Positions 1 to 11,289 of a stretch of 64,000 nucleotides of DNA are shown piece by piece. The notes under the pieces are model-generated. The model did not search any database. It was given only the letters and a program-made list of their open reading frames with translations, and was not told the DNA's origin. Numbering within the stretch: the first letter of the stretch is position 1; every line of letters starts with the position of its first letter. The stretch is from positions 22,945,258-23,009,257 of the forward strand of contig NC_057730.1 in assembly GCF_004010195.1 (NCBI RefSeq), in the 5' to 3' direction. This DNA is from Chiloscyllium plagiosum. Lineage: Eukaryota. The position numbers were made by a program, and so were the translations under genes.

Positions 1-78
1 TGAGTATTTCCAGTATTTTTTTATATATCAGGTTTCCAGCATCTGCAATATTTTACTTTTGTATCCTTTCTCATCTAC

Positions 79-303
79 CTTATCAGCAGAGACCAGCCGT
101 GTGCCATTGCTGCTCCACTCCAAGATGGTGATCTGAGCTCGGTGTGTGCCAGCTGCTATCTGTTGTTCATCCACACCCTGTTCAGACCAAAATATCACTG
201 CTCCAGTTTCCCATCCAGTTGCTACAACCCTCTTGGAAGGATGCCAACTGATGACAATTGGCTGGAAGGGACGCTCTATGTGTGAACTAGGAATGTGTTC
301 TCC
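79..303 (-). CDS. IFT140: IFT140 second coding exon (WD40 region); gene continues beyond window start
   Basis: Minus-strand exon bounded by tttatag|GGA and AAG|GTAGAT. 225 nt, phase 0-0, translating GEHIPSSHIERPFQPIVISWHPSKRVVATGWETGAVIFWSEQGVDEQQIAAGTHRAQITILEWSSNGTRLVSADK, which matches the vertebrate IFT140 N-terminal WD repeats as I recall them. Confidence 0.95.
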
Positions 304-467
304 CTATAAATGAGGAGAGGTTAGTCAACATTACTTCCCACTTAGTATATACATCGTTAACTTTAACATAATATGGAACCTCATTGTAGACACAAGCTAA
401 TTCATTATTTAAGAACACACAATTATCATGTCCAGTTGTGCAAATTGACATGAATTTGTATAGTGAT

Positions 468-694
468 TGTAATGAGGTCAGCCAAGTCAACTTCCTAGAA
501 TATCAGTTTTCTGATTAGGACTGTTAACCTAGTTCAATCGAGGAGCCGTGGTTGACAAATAAAAACAGGACTGTCAGAAGTTCTGTTCACTCTGACAGCT
601 GGCTCTGAGGAAGCCAGGGCAGTGTCAAGTACTATGCATATGTAAATAAAGGATGACTTGGTGACAAGATACTGGCCTCTGTGGAGTTATTTCA
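468..694 (+). mobile_element. Probable solo LTR
   Basis: ~227 bp unit starting TGTAATGAGG and ending TTATTTCA (TG...CA), with an A-rich TATA-like tract near 560 and AATAAA near 645. No clean TSD. Confidence 0.5.
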
Positions 695-1744
695 GTTTGC
701 TTTTAATACTATTGCTCCCACGCTGTGAGAGGATATATTCCGGTAGGTTTCAGTTCCAAACTTGAATCTTCAAATGAAGTTAATAAATGCCTAATGCACT
801 ACCTGCAGGACCAGTCATGTTGCTAAGTAAAAGGCGCAGGACTGGATTATATATTTAGACTCGTGTTTCATTTTGGACAATAGTACATAATCAATAAACC
901 AAGCAAAATACTACTTTCTAAAGAACTGCATTGGTTGGGGCAGGGAACACGGTGGGTGTCAGGGGGTGGTTGATTAGTGGGAGATGGGGAAAAGGTGCAA
1001 GATATTTAGTTTAAGTTAATATAGTACTCATATCCAATGTTCATGGTCCGATAGGTCAGGTTAGTTTTAGGATTTAGAAATCAGCGTCAGTTAGAGTAAC
1101 ATTATAAGAATAGATGATAATAGTCATATTTTTTAGTGTTATTCATTACTGTATTTCAGGAAGGACTGAAATATTACAACATGCTTACACTAAGCACAGG
1201 CTTCTCTTCACACACACCACTCCCACTGCGTTGAACTGCTGCAACCCAAATACCTATAGTGTTTTGGCTCCCAATAGAAAAATAGAAAGACACAGCTCCC
1301 ACCGGTGGAAGGGTTAAAAACAAGACGACACACATTTAAATGACTGGGAGGGTAGCCAACCATATCATTAGAATAAATATTTTTTTTACACAATGTAATT
1401 AGAATCTGGTATACAGTGCTTCAGTGTGTGGCAGAGACAGAGTTAACTGTTGCTTTCAAAAGGGTTAGCCCCAAAGAGAAAAAAAATTGCAGAACTACAA
1501 GCAAAGTGTTGGGTTTGAGACTAATTAAATTTTTCTTGTGGAGAACTATTATAGACATTACATGGTCTCTTTCTGTGCAGAAATGTTACTGTGATCCTAT
1601 AAACAAGAGAAACCATCCAGAATTTCTACTCCAGTGACATACATGAAAACGACAGTTCGATGTCTGCTGATTTTTGGGCTCACTTGTAATGCTTTTTTAA
1701 TCAATAACTTGTTGATATTCATTATTGGTGCTCACTTAGCTTTG

Positions 1745-3530
1745 TTAAAAAAATCACACAACACCAGGTCATAGTCTAACAGGTTTATTTGGAAGCACTA
1801 GCTTTCAGAGAGCTATTCCTCCATCAGGTGGTTGCTCAGGTGGTTGTGGAGTATGAGATCGTAAGACACAGAATTTATAGCAAAAGTTTGCAGTGTGATG
1901 TAACTGAAATTATATATTGAAAAAGATCTGGATTGTTTGTTAAGTCTCTCATCTTTTAGAATTACCATGTTTGTTTCAGTTCTTTCATATGTAAATTCCA
2001 GAACTATTTTTAAAATTTACATTCTCAAGTGAACTTTAACAACATGTCAGCCCAGACAATGCAGTGAAGGTGTGAGGTGTCCAATGTGTGGCAGTCTATG
2101 TCCCAATGTTCAGACTGAATAGATTTCTAAAAAAGGGATTTACAGAATCTTAAATGGATTCATGCAGTTTTTGAGCAAAATAAAATTTAATTCTGCAAGT
2201 ACAAATTCCCCCCACAAATTTATATGTGTGCATGTATGTGCCTATGTTTGTGGGGGAATAAGTGTCTGTGAGAGAGTGTGTCTATGTGTGAGTGTGAGTG
2301 TAAAGGGATATAAGTCTGTGAGATGGTGCGTGTGTGGGTGTGTATGTGTAAGTGCATGAGAGAGAGCTTGTCCCAAGGTGGATTTCGGGACAGCCAACAG
2401 CGGAAAGTGGCCGAGCAGAGGCTGATGACCAAGTTTGGTACCCAGCCTCAACTGGGACCTTGCGTTCATGTCACTCTACAGGTGACCCATTGCACTACAC
2501 ACTCTCTCTCTCTGTCTCTCTCTCTCACACACACACTCCTACAGACCCATACACTCACACAGACCCTCTCTCATACACAAGTTCTCTCTCATATGCTCAC
2601 ACATAGACACCCACACCCTCTCACAGACTTATACCCTTTTCCATACACACTCTCTCACAGACACGCATATGCCTCCCCCCCCCCCATACACACCCACTTC
2701 TGGATGTAGGTTTGCTCGCTGAGCTAGAAGGTTAATTTCCAGACATTTCGTCACCCTACTAGATGACATCTTCAGTGGGCCTCCAGGCGAAGCATTGTTG
2801 ATAATTCCTGCTCTCTATTTATATGTTTGGGTTTCTTTGGGTTGGTGATGTAATTTCCTGGGGTGCTTCACCTGGAGGCCCACTGAAGATGTTACTTAGT
2901 AGAGTGACAAAACATCTGGAAATCAACCTTCCAGCTCAGCAAGCAAACCTACATCCAGAACCTCAATCTGAGCTACAAATCTTCTCAAAACTCGCTAACG
3001 TTCCCACTTGCGTGTGCACACAAAATGTGGGGTGAATTTATACTTGCAGAATTACATTTTACTTTGCTCAAAAACTGCATGAATCCATGTAAGATTCTGT
3101 AAATCCCTGCTTTAGAAATAGAATCAGTCTGACCACTTAGGCACAGACAGCCTCACACGGGGCACCTCATACCTTCAAATGCATTATCTGAGCCAACATG
3201 GCACCTATTGGTACAGTTCACTTGAAAATGTAACTTTTAAAAAAAGTTCTGAGATTTACATATGAAAGAACTGAAATCAACATGGTCATTCTAAAAGACA
3301 AGAGATGAAACAAACAAACTAGATCTTTTTCAATATATAATTTCAGTTACATCACTCTGTAAACTTTTGCTATAAATTCTGTGTCTTACGATCTTATACT
3401 CCACAACCACCTGATAAAGGAGCAGTGCTTCAAAAGCTAGTGCTTCCAAATAAACCTGTTGGACTATAACCTGGTGTGCGATTTTAACTTTGTCCACCCC
3501 AGTCCAACAAACAGCACCTCCAAACCATGA
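1745..3530. mobile_element. Penelope-like element family B, inverted (fold-back) structure with GT/CA microsatellite arms
   Basis: 1745-2360 is the reverse complement of ~2495-2700 plus ~3010-3500. The plus-strand fragment 2370-2480 encodes a GIY-YIG C-terminus-like peptide (QGGFRDSQQRKVAEQRLMTKFGT). Degenerate hammerhead cores lie at ~1795-1830 (-) and ~3408-3442 (+). Confidence 0.75.
2700..3002. mobile_element. Penelope-like family C fold-back unit nested in the family B element
   Basis: Inverted arms ~2703-2790 and ~2870-2956. Candidate TSD CCCACTT at 2693-2699 and 3003-3009. Minus-strand hammerhead-like core at 2739-2778: CCA-CTGAAGA-TGTCATCTAGTAGGGTGAC-GAAATGTC-TGG. Confidence 0.7.
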
Positions 3531-3609
3531 CATATATCTTAGTGTAACTAATGACAAAGCAAAGGTGACCATATCTTCTAGAGAGGGAAGGAAATTCCAA
3601 GACACCCAC

Positions 3610-3762
3610 CTGCTCAAGATACACATCCACACTGCCCCCTGGAATACAACTGGTGCTTACAGAGGCCACTGCCAATAATGGATGGATACGATGCCAAGCA
3701 ATCTCTGATGGTGAACCAATATTCTCAGGTGCTTCAATATGGTGATCGAAGTAAACTGCCAT
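3610..3762 (-). CDS. IFT140: IFT140 first coding exon (exon spans 3610-3789 including 5'UTR)
   Basis: ATG at 3762; [51 protein letters not shown]. Donor CAG|GTGGGT at 3610/3609 and acceptor ttttgacag| at 3790/3789. In phase with exon 79-303. Confidence 0.95.
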
Positions 3763-3923
3763 GTTAACATAGTAAACTTCTATTCAATTCTGTCAAAAGA
3801 TAATGCAATTTCAATAAAAGCCCGATCAACAATTCATTAAAAATTGTCAACTCAACTCAATAAAAAAACTGCCTGCAGTATTTTGATAATCCCTATTCAA
3901 CTTGTTGGCAATTACAATGAGGA

Positions 3924-4123
3924 GCTGAAAATGTGTTGCTGGAAAAGCGCAGCATGTCAGGCAGCATCCAAGGAGCAGGAGAATCGACGTTTCGGGCATG
4001 AGACCTCATGCCCGAAACGTTGATTCTTCTGCTCCTTGGATGCTGCCTGACCTGCTGCGCTTTTCCAGCAACACATTTTCAGCTCTGATCTCCAGCGTCT
4101 GCAGTCCTCATTTTCTCCTAGAA
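3924..4123. mobile_element. Penelope family A short fold-back insertion
   Basis: Inverted arms of the family A 3' terminus. TSD AATTACAATGAGGA at 3910-3923 and 4124-4137. Confidence 0.85.
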
Positions 4124-4536
4124 AATTACAATGAGGAACCAATTACAGCTCCAACTATCCTTAGCAGAAGTTAAAGAGAATCACATTGGCAACAACCTTG
4201 CAGCTCTAGATCTCGACTGACAAAGTTTTGGAAGTAAGGCAACAATCTTGCAACAATCATGTTGGTCAGGTTGCAATGCTGCAGGCTGAAAAGTGGGAAT
4301 GTCACTGCAGATTGTGATGGTGGGGGCATATAACTACTTTATTGAATTTTGATGATCGGGCTGGGGGGGTAGGGAATGTATTGTCATATTTTTGTGATGG
4401 ATTGGCAGATCATTTAGTGGCAGGGTAGTGGTGCACAAGTGACGGACTAGGGGCTGTTGCAATGCTTTCTTGATAGGGTGGGTCCCAGGACCTCAAACTT
4501 TATTACATTTATGACCTTTCCCAATTCTGATGATAG

Positions 4537-5384
4537 CTGAAAATGTGTTACTGGAAAAGCGCAGCAGGTCAGGCAGCATCCAAGGAGCAGGACAATCAAC
4601 GTTTCGGGAATGAGCGCTTCTTCAGGAATGAGGAAACAGTGTCCAGCAGGCTAAGATAAAAGGTAGAGAGGAGGGACTTGGGGGAAGGGCGTTGGAAATG
4701 CGATAGGTGGAAGGAGGTCAAGGTGAGGGTGATAGGCCAGAGTGGGGGCGGAGAGGTCAGGAAGAAGATTGCAGGTTAGGAAGGCGGTGCTGAGTTCGAG
4801 GGATTTGACTGAGACAAGGTGGGGGGAGGCGAAATGAGGAAACTGGAGAAATCTGAGTTCAGCCTTTTGTGGTTGGAGGGTTCCTAGGCGGAAGATGAGG
4901 CGCTCTTCCTCCAACCGTCGTGTTGCTATGGTCTGGCGATGGAGAAGTCCAAGGACCTGCATGTCCTCGGTGGAGTGGGAGGGGGAGTTGAAGTGTTGAG
5001 CCANNNNNNNNNNNNNNNNNNNNNNNNNNNNNNNNNNNNNNNNNNNNNNNNNNNNNNNNNNNNNNNNNNNNNNNNNNNNNNNNNNNNNNNNNNNNNNNNN
5101 NNNNNNNNNNNNNNNNNNNNNNNNNNNNNNNNNNNNNNNNNNNNNNNNNNNNNNNNNNNNNNNNNNNNNNNNNNNNNNNNNNNNNNNNNNNNNNNNNNNN
5201 NNNNNNNNNNNNNNNNNNNNNNNNNNNNNNNNNNNNNNNNNNNNNNNNNNNNNNNNNNNNNNNNNNNNNNNNNNNNNNNNNNNNNNNNNNNNNNNNNNNN
5301 NNNNNNNNNNNNNNNNNNNNNNNNATTTTCCAGCAACACATTTTCAGCTCTGATCTCCAGCATCTGCAGTCCTCACTTTCTCCT
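4537..5384. mobile_element. Penelope family A insertion with GIY-YIG C-terminus; contains assembly gap 5004-5324
   Basis: Minus-strand peptide QVLGLLHRQTIATRRLEEERLIFRLGTLQPQ. Both ends are element 3' termini facing outward. TSD CAATTCTGATGATAG at 4522-4536 and 5385-5399. Confidence 0.85.
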
Positions 5385-5689
5385 CAATTCTGATGATAGA
5401 CTTCGGGTCGATGGTCTGTTTTTATGCTCCACAGATGCTGCCTCACTTGCTGAGTAATTCCAGCATTTTCTGTTTTTCTTTCAGATTTGCACCATCTCCG
5501 CTGTCAGCATTTTAGTGATAGAGTGGGAAGAGGGTGTTGTGTTTCGGGTGCTACCTGTTTTCAGGTTGGTCCGAGAGATTTTTCCGATTGATGAACCCGA
5601 ATATCCGGCCCTGACGTTGAAATTTTCCAATCCAACTGGCACATCACACGACTCAGCTAGTGCTGTGCCCCCAGGTTGCGGCCTACCTG

Positions 5690-6002
5690 TAACTACAACT
5701 CCGCATTATCCACTTGAAAAAAATAGTGCCTCCCCTCGTCTCAAGTGTGACAGAAAGCGGCATTACCTGGAGAACAACCGGTGTTGGCCGTCCTCCTGCA
5801 CGTTTTTCCTGCTGTTAGCTTCGATTCAACAGTGCTTTCAGCGTACTTGCAGTTGCCGTAACAACCGGCGAGAAGCGGAAGCGACGCCTCGCGATGCCGT
5901 GAATTGCCGACCATAGTCGAGAATATACGAGGGTTAACCCGTCTAAATGGCATTGTGGGAAATGTAGTTTTTCCCGTCATCAGCGTGTCGGCGGCGCATG
6001 CT
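5690..6002. promoter_or_regulatory. CpG-rich bidirectional promoter of IFT140 (-) and DECR2 (+)
   Basis: CpG-dense. ZNF143/Staf-type motifs ACTACAACTCCGCATT (~5692, +) and ACTACATTTCCCACAATGCC (~5949-5968, -). RFX X-box-like GTTGCCGTAACAAC at 5852-5865. NRF1-like GCGCATGC near 5994. Confidence 0.8.
5767..5850 (-). other. IFT140: Putative non-coding exon 1 of IFT140 (5' boundary approximate)
   Basis: Strong minus-strand donor CAG|GTAATG at 5767/5766 directly beside the X-box; the 3789 acceptor needs an upstream exon. Confidence 0.6.
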
Positions 6003-6038
6003 TATTGTTGTCTGGGGTTTTGGATGGTGTTGGTTGTG

Positions 6039-6168
6039 AGGGGAAAGTGAGAACTGCAGATGCTGGACCTTAGAGTCGAGAGTGTGTTGCTGCAAAAGCA
6101 CAACAGGTCAGGGCAGCATCCGAGGGATAGGAAAATCGACGTTTCGGGCGTAAGCCTTTCATCAGGAA
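6039..6168 (-). mobile_element. Penelope family A 3' terminal fragment between promoter and DECR2 first coding exon
   Basis: Matches the family A terminus (GAAAGTGAGAACTGCAGATGCTGG...GACGTTTCGGGC...TCATCAGGAAT). Possible TSD TGGTTGTG at 6031-6038 and 6169-6176. Confidence 0.8.
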
Positions 6169-6431
6169 TGGTTGTGGTTGATGAGAGCCGTCTCTGTGTT
6201 GGTGCGTTGTTCTGGGATTTTGATCTTGTGACCAGGGCTCTGAAAAGGAATTTGACTCCGTGTATCTGATTCTGTTTTAGGATCTTCGTTAAGAGTCCGA
6301 AGGGCTCACTGTCCGGAAATTCTCTCTCCAGTTTGTGAGAAGTCTATCTTTGGAGTCTGTGTAGGAGCTTCTTCCCCCTTCCCACAAAAAGAGATAGGAC
6401 GAAGATTTAAACCGATTCCTGAGAAACAATC

Positions 6432-6520
6432 ATGTCTGCGACGAGCAGCAGCCCTCAGGAAGTGGACACAGATGATTGTTTGTTGAACTATTCCTATATA
6501 TTCAGAGATGACATGCTGAA
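6432..6520 (+). CDS. DECR2: DECR2 (peroxisomal 2,4-dienoyl-CoA reductase) coding exon 1
   Basis: ATG at 6432; MSATSSSPQEVDTDDCLLNYSYIFRDDML. Donor AA|GTAAGC. Probable upstream acceptor ttttag| at 6280. Confidence 0.93.
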
Positions 6521-6757
6521 GTAAGCCGTTTTATATTTTCAGTGGGTAATTTGGGGCTAGTGACAGTACGTTATATTTAAAGGACTTTTTTTTAGTAAAT
6601 GTACCTGGGAACAGAGATTTTCGTACACTTCATTTACCCTAGGAGGATTTTCTCTTGCACCCGACAGAACTGTTGTGATGGGAGGTGTCATTGTACTTCC
6701 TGATTTTAATAAAGTAATACATAGCTATTGATGTTTACCTCTTGCATATCTGAATAG

Positions 6758-6826
6758 GGACAAAGTGGCATTCATCACCGGAGGAGGGTCTGGCATTGGA
6801 TTCCGAATTGCAGAGATACTGATGAG
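6758..6826 (+). CDS. DECR2: DECR2 coding exon 2 (SDR TGxxxGIG motif)
   Basis: [22 protein letters not shown]; AG/GT boundaries, phase 2-2. Confidence 0.97.
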
Positions 6827-7184
6827 GTAGGGCAGCAGCTGCAGAATGAGAAGTCGCAAGTACTTGCACAAAACTTCATGAGCTTCTGGAAACTGTATAC
6901 GTGATAAGGATCTATTTATTTAACAAAAAGTGCACCATTTTGCAATGGATAGTTAAAAAAGGAGCAATACAGCCTTTGAGCTGTTCCACCATTCAGTTAG
7001 GCCATAGCTATTCTATTATCAGTGAGCAACTTCCTCTATGATTCTACGATCAAGGATGTTGAAACCAAATTATTTCCCAATATACAAGATTTATGGGCTT
7101 TTTTAAAAAAAACAACCTGTTCAGGAATGTTATGATACTTCTAAAGCAGGAGGGACTTGAAACTAGACCTCCTGGCTTCAGAGG

Positions 7185-7684
7185 AGAAAGTGAGGACTGC
7201 AGATGCTGGAGATCAGAGCTGAAAATGTGTTGCTGGAAAAGCGCAGCAGGTCAGGCAGCATCCAAGGAGCAGNNNNNNNNNNNNNNNNNNNNNNNNNNNN
7301 NNNNNNNNNNNNNNNNNNNNNNNNNNNNNNNNNNNNNNNNNNNNNNNNNNNNNNNNNNNNNNNNNNNGAGAGGTCTAGGAAGGGGAGGGAGGAGTCTGAG
7401 ACGGTCCAGGTGAATTTGAGGTCGGGTTGGAAGGTGTTGGTAAAGTGGATGAACTGTTCAACCTCCTCGTGGGAGCACGAGGCAGTGCCGATACAGTCAT
7501 CGATGTAGCGGAGGAAAAGGTGGGGGGTGGTGCCAGTGTAGCTGTGGAAGATGGACTGTTCCACATATCCTATGCAGAAGCAGGCATAGCTGGGGCCCAT
7601 GCGGGTGCCCATGGCTGCTACTTTGGTTTGGAGGAAGTGGGAGGATTGGAAAGAGAAGTTGTTCAGGGTGAGTTGTTCAGGGTG
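7185..7684 (-). mobile_element. Penelope family A copy with RT fragment; contains gap 7273-7367
   Basis: Minus-strand peptide AMGTRMGPSYAC...LRYIDD...LPFLDL (Penelope-type RT). TSD CCTCCTGGCTTCAGAGG at 7168-7184 and 7685-7701. Confidence 0.88.
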
Positions 7685-8100
7685 CCTCCTGGCTTCAGAG
7701 GCAGGGATGTTATCACTGTCACAAGAGCCTGCCCATGATTTACAGGCCATTCAATCAGTAGCTGACAATTTTGAATATTGGTAGAAAGAAGGAGACTTGC
7801 TTTCTGTGTAGCAACCAAGAGATAAGGCCTTTTAGCCAGCTGTGTATATGATTTATGCACATTAAGAACATAATAAATACGAGTAAGAACAGAAATGCTG
7901 GAGAAACAGCAGGTCTAGCAGCATCTTTTGCTATGTTGGTCGAATATAACATTTTCAGAAAGATATGGACCTGCTTGGTTATTCCACGATCAAGTGTGTG
8001 AAGTTATGGTGAATCCCCAACTGAGATCAGTGCAAACTGGACATCAATTTTTGACCCTTTTATTTTGTAACAAAGTTTTAATTATTGTTTATTTTTACAG

Positions 8101-8152
8101 GCATGGATGTCAGACTGTTATTGCGAGCAGGAGCATGGAGCGAGTACAAGCA
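8101..8152 (+). CDS. DECR2: DECR2 coding exon 3
   Basis: HGCQTVIASRSMERVQA; tttttacag| and |GTAGGT. Confidence 0.95.
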
Positions 8153-9474
8153 GTAGGTAGCCCAGACCTTGCGTTGATAATTAAAAGCAGAGTGAAGTAA
8201 TATATTTAAGTGATGTTCTGTTTTAAATTATGTTAATCCCCACAATATTATTTTTCAGCCTCTGTTGCCCTAATGCTCATCCTAAAAGGCAGATATTAAA
8301 ATGGGAAGAAGATGAAGTCTGATATTGTATATTTTAATCCAGGACTATTGCTGTCTGCATATTACTATTGTCAGTTATGAGTTTTGTTTCCTCATTTCAT
8401 CTTTTTTAGTTTAAAAAAAACCCAGCTGAAAGCATCTTATTTACAATTCATTTTGTGAGTACAGTGCATTCCTGTGCTTTGCTTGTGAAGATTGAGGTGT
8501 GAACTAATCAAAATGTTTAAAAGAATAAAATTATTCAACTTCCGCTAGTGGAGAGATCAGAAACAGGATGTATGTTATACTTAAGCCATTCAGGAACAAT
8601 GCCAGGAAACAATTCTTCATAGATATTAGAAATCTGGAAGTCCCTCTCCAAATGCTGGGCCAATTGGCACATTCAGTACTGAGACTGAGATTTTTATTTG
8701 ATGAAGATTTGAAGGAATATTGAGCAAACGCAAATAAATTGTACTGATGTGAAAATCAGCCTTAAAATAATTAAACAGTTGAGCGGCTGGAGGGGCTGAT
8801 CAGCCTCCGGTTCATATGGAGGTACAGCAGTTTCTAAAACTAAGGGACAGTCTCTAATTTAGTTACGAGTTTCAGTGAAATGAAAAATAAATCGATGAGA
8901 AGTACTGGAACTTTGATACCTTTTGTGACATTACAGCAAAATTATTGTGTCACGGGATGATATAGCTGGAGGTTATTTCTGTTTCGAAACAAAATTAAGA
9001 TTCAGTCCATTATTAGTGTTAGTGAGGTTCAGTCCACTACTATTCTCAAAGATCATTAAATTTCACTAAATTATTATAATTCTTCTGAGCTTATTTGTTT
9101 GAGATGGCTGCCTCCATAAGTTGTTTCATTCAGTATGAGGTGAAACTATTCCAATTCATATGATTAAGGTAAAGTCACCATAGTCTCAAAGAACTATAGA
9201 GCTTCTGTTTCTTTAGAGAGAGGGAGAGAGAGATGACTGGTGGTGAGTTTAACCTGAGAGTCAGCAGGCGAGGGATGAGGTTGAGAAGGCAGGACTTTCA
9301 TGGTGACCTCGGCCGAATTGTGTATTTGAAATATTGAGACTTATTGAGTGTTAATCTGATAAAACCACAGCAGCCCATGAATTCTTGCATATCCAAACTA
9401 TTCACACAGAAAATAGCTTTGAAGCCTGTATGTGCTGCATTCAGCAATAACTGATATATCATTCTTTAATCCAG

Positions 9475-9610
9475 TCTGCAAAGAAACTCTCAGCAGCCAC
9501 TGGACAACGATGTCTGCCAGTCTCATTGTATGTCAGGCAACCTGTTACCATCAATGCTGCTGTGGAGGAGACGCTACAGAAATTTGCAAAAATTGATATC
9601 TTGATTAATG
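9475..9610 (+). CDS. DECR2: DECR2 coding exon 4
   Basis: SAKKLSAATGQRCLPVSLYVRQPVTINAAVEETLQKFAKIDILIN; ccag| and G|GTAATT. Confidence 0.95.
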
Positions 9611-9830
9611 GTAATTTCTCAACACTTCTTCACCTTTCTTGTTACTTACAAGTGGAGGCTGTTGATCCACAGAACCCTGTTGGTCCATAGGGCACCCAGT
9701 GCCAACTCCATGTATAATCACTGCTTTAAATGTCATTCTTATAACTATCCAGTGTACAGGAAAGTTTGTTAAAAGCTGGTTCTGCTGTGAAAGTGTTGTT
9801 TACTTGTTAGTTTGTCCTGTCTTTTTCCAG

Positions 9831-9955
9831 GTGCTGCAGGTAACTTCCTATGTCCTGCCAGTGGCCTGTCATTCAATGCTTTCAAAACTGTCCTGGAGAT
9901 AGATACAATTGGAACCTTTAACACCAGCAAAGTCTTGTACCAGAAGTGGTTCAAG
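9831..9955 (+). CDS. DECR2: DECR2 coding exon 5
   Basis: [41 protein letters not shown]; tttttccag| and |GTGAGT. Confidence 0.97.
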
Positions 9956-10786
9956 GTGAGTTAATTGTACACTGGTGAAAGAACTGGATTTTACTTGTCT
10001 AGTTAATTTTAAATTTCCCATTTCTTTAACTGAGAGTCTGGGTAGCAATCTCCTGGTCCTATCAGAGGAGACAAATATCTCTTGCATCTCTGGGAAATTG
10101 CAAGTCCTGTTAATTTAAATCAATCTTGGAGAGTTCTTGTGATCACTCACCTGCAAGCCACTCATAGCAGGAAAAGCCCAACTTGTTTTTCTTTTCTTTT
10201 ATCCTGAAAAAGGGCAGCAATAGGAGTGCTACTTTTGGGCTTGTGTCTCTCTATATCCATGAGAGAAAGTAAACGATATTCGTGCTCGGCCTTCCAGTGC
10301 ATACAACTGTCCAAGCTCATGGCTAAAGAGTAATCACTGAGCAAGTGCATCAGTCAAAATGGTCGTGTTTCAGCAGAGGATGAGATGTAGAGAAGTCATG
10401 ATGAAAAAGAAGTGAGAAATAAATAATTTTGTCTTTTCTTGTGTGAAAGCAAACCCTCTATCCCTCACATCTCTAAGGCATGTATTTGAAATTCACTGGG
10501 ACCAGTGAGGACTAATGGAATGCATATCTATTCTGGCCGAGGGTTCAACAGAAAATAGTTAATTGGCTTCTTTTGAGATGTTGCACACTCCTCTCCTAAA
10601 TTTCATATCTACGTCAGAGACAATGAGAGTAGTGTATAGATCAAGAAACATTAAAAAACTTAATTCATCACATTCAAACTAGATGTCATCTGAAAACTGA
10701 CATTGAAAGTGATATGGAATTTAATTGTGAAATCATGACATCTGTGGAACACTGTATTTTGGTTTAGTAATCTTCTGTTGCTGTAG

Positions 10787-10880
10787 GAACATGGAGGAAT
10801 CATTGTGAACATTACAGCTACGCTGAGCTACCGAGGACAAATTCTGCAGGTCCATGCTGGTTCTGCAAAAGCTGCTATAG
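10787..10880 (+). CDS. DECR2: DECR2 coding exon 6
   Basis: [31 protein letters not shown]; ctgtag| and G|GTAAGT. Confidence 0.97.
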
Positions 10881-11289
10881 GTAAGTTGTACTGCGGGTAC
10901 TGGGAGCCCAGATCAGTGAGAGCACTATCTTCCTATTGGAAATGCCAGTATAAACAGTGCATTTAATCTTATCAGTGCAAGACTGGAACATATGCCTCTA
11001 CATTTCTGCAGTTTTGATTCTGGTGATGTGTAATGAGGTAGGTTTAATAAATGATATCAGAATATAAAATCCCCTAGGAAACCACCAGAGCAAAACAGAA
11101 TTTAGCATTCAGTTTGAGAAGGAGGAATATGAATCTGAATCAACTGCGCTAAGCCTAAAGACTGGCACTAACAAAGGATTCAGGGCATAGTTGACTGGAC
11201 TGGGAAACAAGCAGCAAAGATAGTTGAGGAACAGTGCAGACATTTAAGAAAATAGTGCATGGCTCACAGCAAACACATATCCCAAGAAA

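Noticed and set aside
2162-2709. His/Thr- and Val/Cys-rich ORFs
   Set aside because: Translation of GT/CA microsatellite tracts inside a Penelope element.
4859-5457. Long ORFs containing X runs (also 7093-7508)
   Set aside because: Artefacts of translating through N gaps within Penelope copies.
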